DNA of 63,982 nt, counting the filler, from Reticulomyxa filosa (lineage: Eukaryota; Protista; Foraminifera): NCBI GenBank assembly GCA_000512085.1. It is 18 parts of 18 records of this genome, joined end to end, with 100 filler letters (N's around TTAATTAATTAA, not from the genome) between each part and the next. Parts side by side here need not be neighbours in the genome. Positions count along the whole stretch, not along the records: positions 61,101 to 62,882 come from ASPP01021534.1; positions 62,983 to 63,982 come from ASPP01050438.1; 16 more parts are not named here. One strand, given 5' to 3'. Made by a program: the position numbers and the translations under genes. Position 1 is the first letter of the stretch; every line of letters begins with the position of its first letter. This document shows positions 61,135 through 63,982 of this stretch, one piece after another. The notes beneath the pieces were generated by a model, which was given only the letters and a program-made list of their open reading frames with translations, did no database searches and was not told where the DNA came from.

Positions 61135-62850
61135 TGCAGGATAATTATGAAGACGAACAGTTCCAAAATCATCACCAGAAGCAATAAGTGAACGATCAGA
61201 AGTAACAGCAACAGAATTTAAATCAGTACCATCCCATCCTCTTTGATATAATCCTTGAACATCCCATCCAGCAACTAAAGGATCATTATGCCATTCAATA
61301 TGATCAGGATCAGGTATTTTAGTACTAAATTCAGCAGTTTTTTTATTAAAATCTAATAACCAATGAACAACTTCATAATCACGAGTTAAGCATTTAACAA
61401 TTTTACCATCAGTTGACCATTGTAAATGAGAAGGAGCAGCTCTATGATTAAAACCTTTCCATTGTTTTAAACTAATTTTTTCATTATTATCAATATTAAC
61501 AGAAATAAGATAACAATGAGCATCACCATGAGCAATAGCAATATGAGAATTATCAGGAGACCATTGAATAAATTCAATACCTTCTAATTCATTATTAACA
61601 TTAGCTAAAGGAATAAAATGTGTAGCTTTTAATTCTAATTTAGGATAAGATAAGATAGCAATAGTAGAAGTAGTAGTACCAACAGCAATCCAATTACCAT
61701 CACTACTTAAAGAGCAACATTTTAATTCCCATTTTTCAGGTGTTTTTTCATCAGTTTGTGGAGAATCTTTAGCAGAGAATTCATAAGTAGCAATACATTG
61801 ATGTGTATTAGGTGCCCAAATTCTATAATAATAAATAAATATATATATATTTATATATTTATATATATATATATAATAATAATTTATATATAATATTTAA
61901 CTTTATTGCTTTATCCCAACCAACAGTTACAAATGTTCTCTCTTTTACATGTGCTGCTACACCCCATATTTGACCATCATGTCCATCAATTAAAATATTA
62001 ACTTGTTGTGTCTTTAAATCAAATTTTGCTATTTGATTACTTTTTGTACCAAGATATAATACACCAGCATTTTCATCTATATCCATAGCAGCAGGTTGTG
62101 ATTTAAAATCAGAACCATCAATATGTAATTCTTTTGATTGCCATTTATCTTTTCCTTTACGATCAACTGCTTTAATAGTTTCATCAAGAGAACATGTATA
62201 AATAGTATCACCACTAGAATTAATACATAATGAAGTAATAGGTTTTTTATGTATTACAACTTCTTTTGATATTTTATTATCTTGTCCAAAATATAATGTT
62301 CCTGATGCACCACCTATAATCCATGAACCATCATCTGATACATAAGTACCACATATAAATGCTTTTTCTTTTGTTTTAGCAGTTATACTACGTAATCTTT
62401 GTCCTTCTAATTTTTTATTTTTTCCTGCTATTATTTTTGTTACATATAAAAATCCATCACAAAAAAACATTAATTCATCTACACAATCATTTTGATGCTT
62501 TGGATTTATTATAAATCCATGAATTATTTGACGAGTTGTTGGATATTCTAATAATATTGTTTGTACTTGTTTTGTTGCTTTTTTTCCAGGACCTAAACCA
62601 CTTGTATCATATACTTTTATTTGTTGTTCTTCACTACATATTACATATAAATATCCTGATACTGGACTCCATTGTACACGACGTATTAATCCTGTACATA
62701 CATTATCAATTAAAGCTACATCTTTCATTGTTTTATAATCCCATATCCATAATTTTGGTAAATCTTTTCCTTCTCCAGGTCTATCTTTTGGATCTTTTTG
62801 ACCACTACATACTAAAGTTGATCCAGGTCTAGGATCTACACAAATTCTGG
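61135..62850 (-). CDS. Echinoderm microtubule-associated protein-like (EML/EMAP) WD40 protein, partial
   Basis: VCSGQKD; DGHDGQIWGVAAH..ERTFVTVGWDK; HLQWSTDG; GWDVQGIYQRGWDGTDLNSV..LIASGDDFGTVRLHNYPA. Confidence 0.85.
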
Positions 62851-63639
62851 ATATATGTTATTATATTATTATATTATTATATNNNNNNNNNNNNNNNNNN
62901 NNNNNNNNNNNNNNNNNNNNNNNNNNTTAATTAATTAANNNNNNNNNNNNNNNNNNNNNNNNNNNNNNNNNNNNNNNNNNNNTGGAAGGTTTTTTGTTGG
63001 CTACTTTTGTAACATATTGTCCTTCGAACCTTTTTGTGATAATCACAAGTTGAATGTTTTTGCCTCTCCTATATGGAGCAAGGATCCCTTTGTGATCATA
63101 TTTAGATTCTTTGAGGCAACAAATTTAAACAAAACTATTGGCACTCAAAAACAAGATATGATAAAAAAGTTAAATTTTTTTTTTCCTTGGACTTTTCTTT
63201 AGTTGTTTGCCTCATTGCTGTAAAAGCTTTTCCTTTTTTTCCATATTGTTGCACTTTTTCGTTTCTCTTTTCTTTTGTTTCTTGGCCTTGTATGCTTTGG
63301 CTCCGATCTTGAAGCAGCTTTTGTTCTTTTTTCTGGCCTCTAACGGCCTTTCCTTCATTAAGTCAATTCTATTCATTTCGGTCAATCATTTGGTGATTGA
63401 TCTCCGCCGAATTCACTGTCAACTGATTAAGTTTAAGTTATGTGATGAACAACGGTATTTTAACGAAATTTACCAATTTTTTTTTTTTTTTGCGTAATCT
63501 ACATTTGCCAAGCTACCAGCAATAATGAACTATATTTAATAAAATAAAAAGAGCATAAGAAATAATTTTAATAAACACCACAAATGTAAAAAGAAAAAAC
63601 TAATAACGCAAAATAAAGTAGTCAAACAAAAATGGCAAA

Positions 63640-63795
63640 AATTTCAAAAAACTTAAAATTTAAGCAATTCTTTAAAAACAAAGATTTGATAAACCAAAAC
63701 CATATTTAAAAACTACAATATTCGTATATTTTACATCTGGATGTTGTTTCTCTATAAGGTGATGCTTTATGTTTACTTTCTTTTGCATTCTACTG
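63640..63795 (-). mobile_element. Degenerate MITE family A terminus
   Basis: ...ATATTTAAAAACTACAATATT...TTTTGCATTCTACTG|TA matches the family A TIR and has a different outer flank. Confidence 0.65.
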
Positions 63796-63982
63796 TATTT
63801 TATTGTCTGTAGTTTTGTCATTATGTGTCAATGTATTTACATTCCTCCGAATTGAACACATTTGAATTTTTTTCTACTGCTCGTTTGGAATCACTTACAA
63901 ATGTAACCCTTGTAATGTGCAGTTTTAAATCTTTCCACTTTTTTATATTAAGTTTCATTTTTTGAATAGTATATAATATTTT

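Noticed and set aside
62983-63497. Lys/Glu-rich minus-strand coding-like stretch
   Set aside because: It is interrupted by stops and no family can be assigned.

Overview
AT-rich eukaryotic (protist) genomic DNA. It is not one locus: about 18 unrelated contigs are joined by 17 artificial 100-nt spacers (N-run, TTAATTAATTAA, N-run). The expanded WD40/Kelch families, poly-T/poly-A introns, pseudogenes and homopolymer frameshifts resemble the foraminiferan Reticulomyxa filosa (inference, not verified). Intron-containing genes recognised: alkyl sulfatase (MBL fold), kinesin, thioredoxin-SHP-UBX fusion, TFIIE-beta, EXD1-like exonuclease, DENN protein, probable mitochondrial T7-type RNA polymerase, TFIIA large subunit, EDEM/GH47, TMCO4/DUF726, a Piwi-type Argonaute, carbamoyl-phosphate synthetase and an EML/EMAP protein. 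Also present are IFT122, an HDAC pseudogene, LINE remnants and TA-flanked CAGT...ACTG MITE-like elements. The standout is an intronless ~1670-aa NLR-like STAND protein (24677-29680). Its architecture is Cys-rich Zn-ribbon, RelA/SpoT-like nucleotidyltransferase, NACHT, pentapeptide repeat and 15 WD40 repeats, making it a candidate protist immune receptor with an alarmone-synthetase/toxSAS-like effector. All family assignments come from motif recognition by eye; no searches were run.
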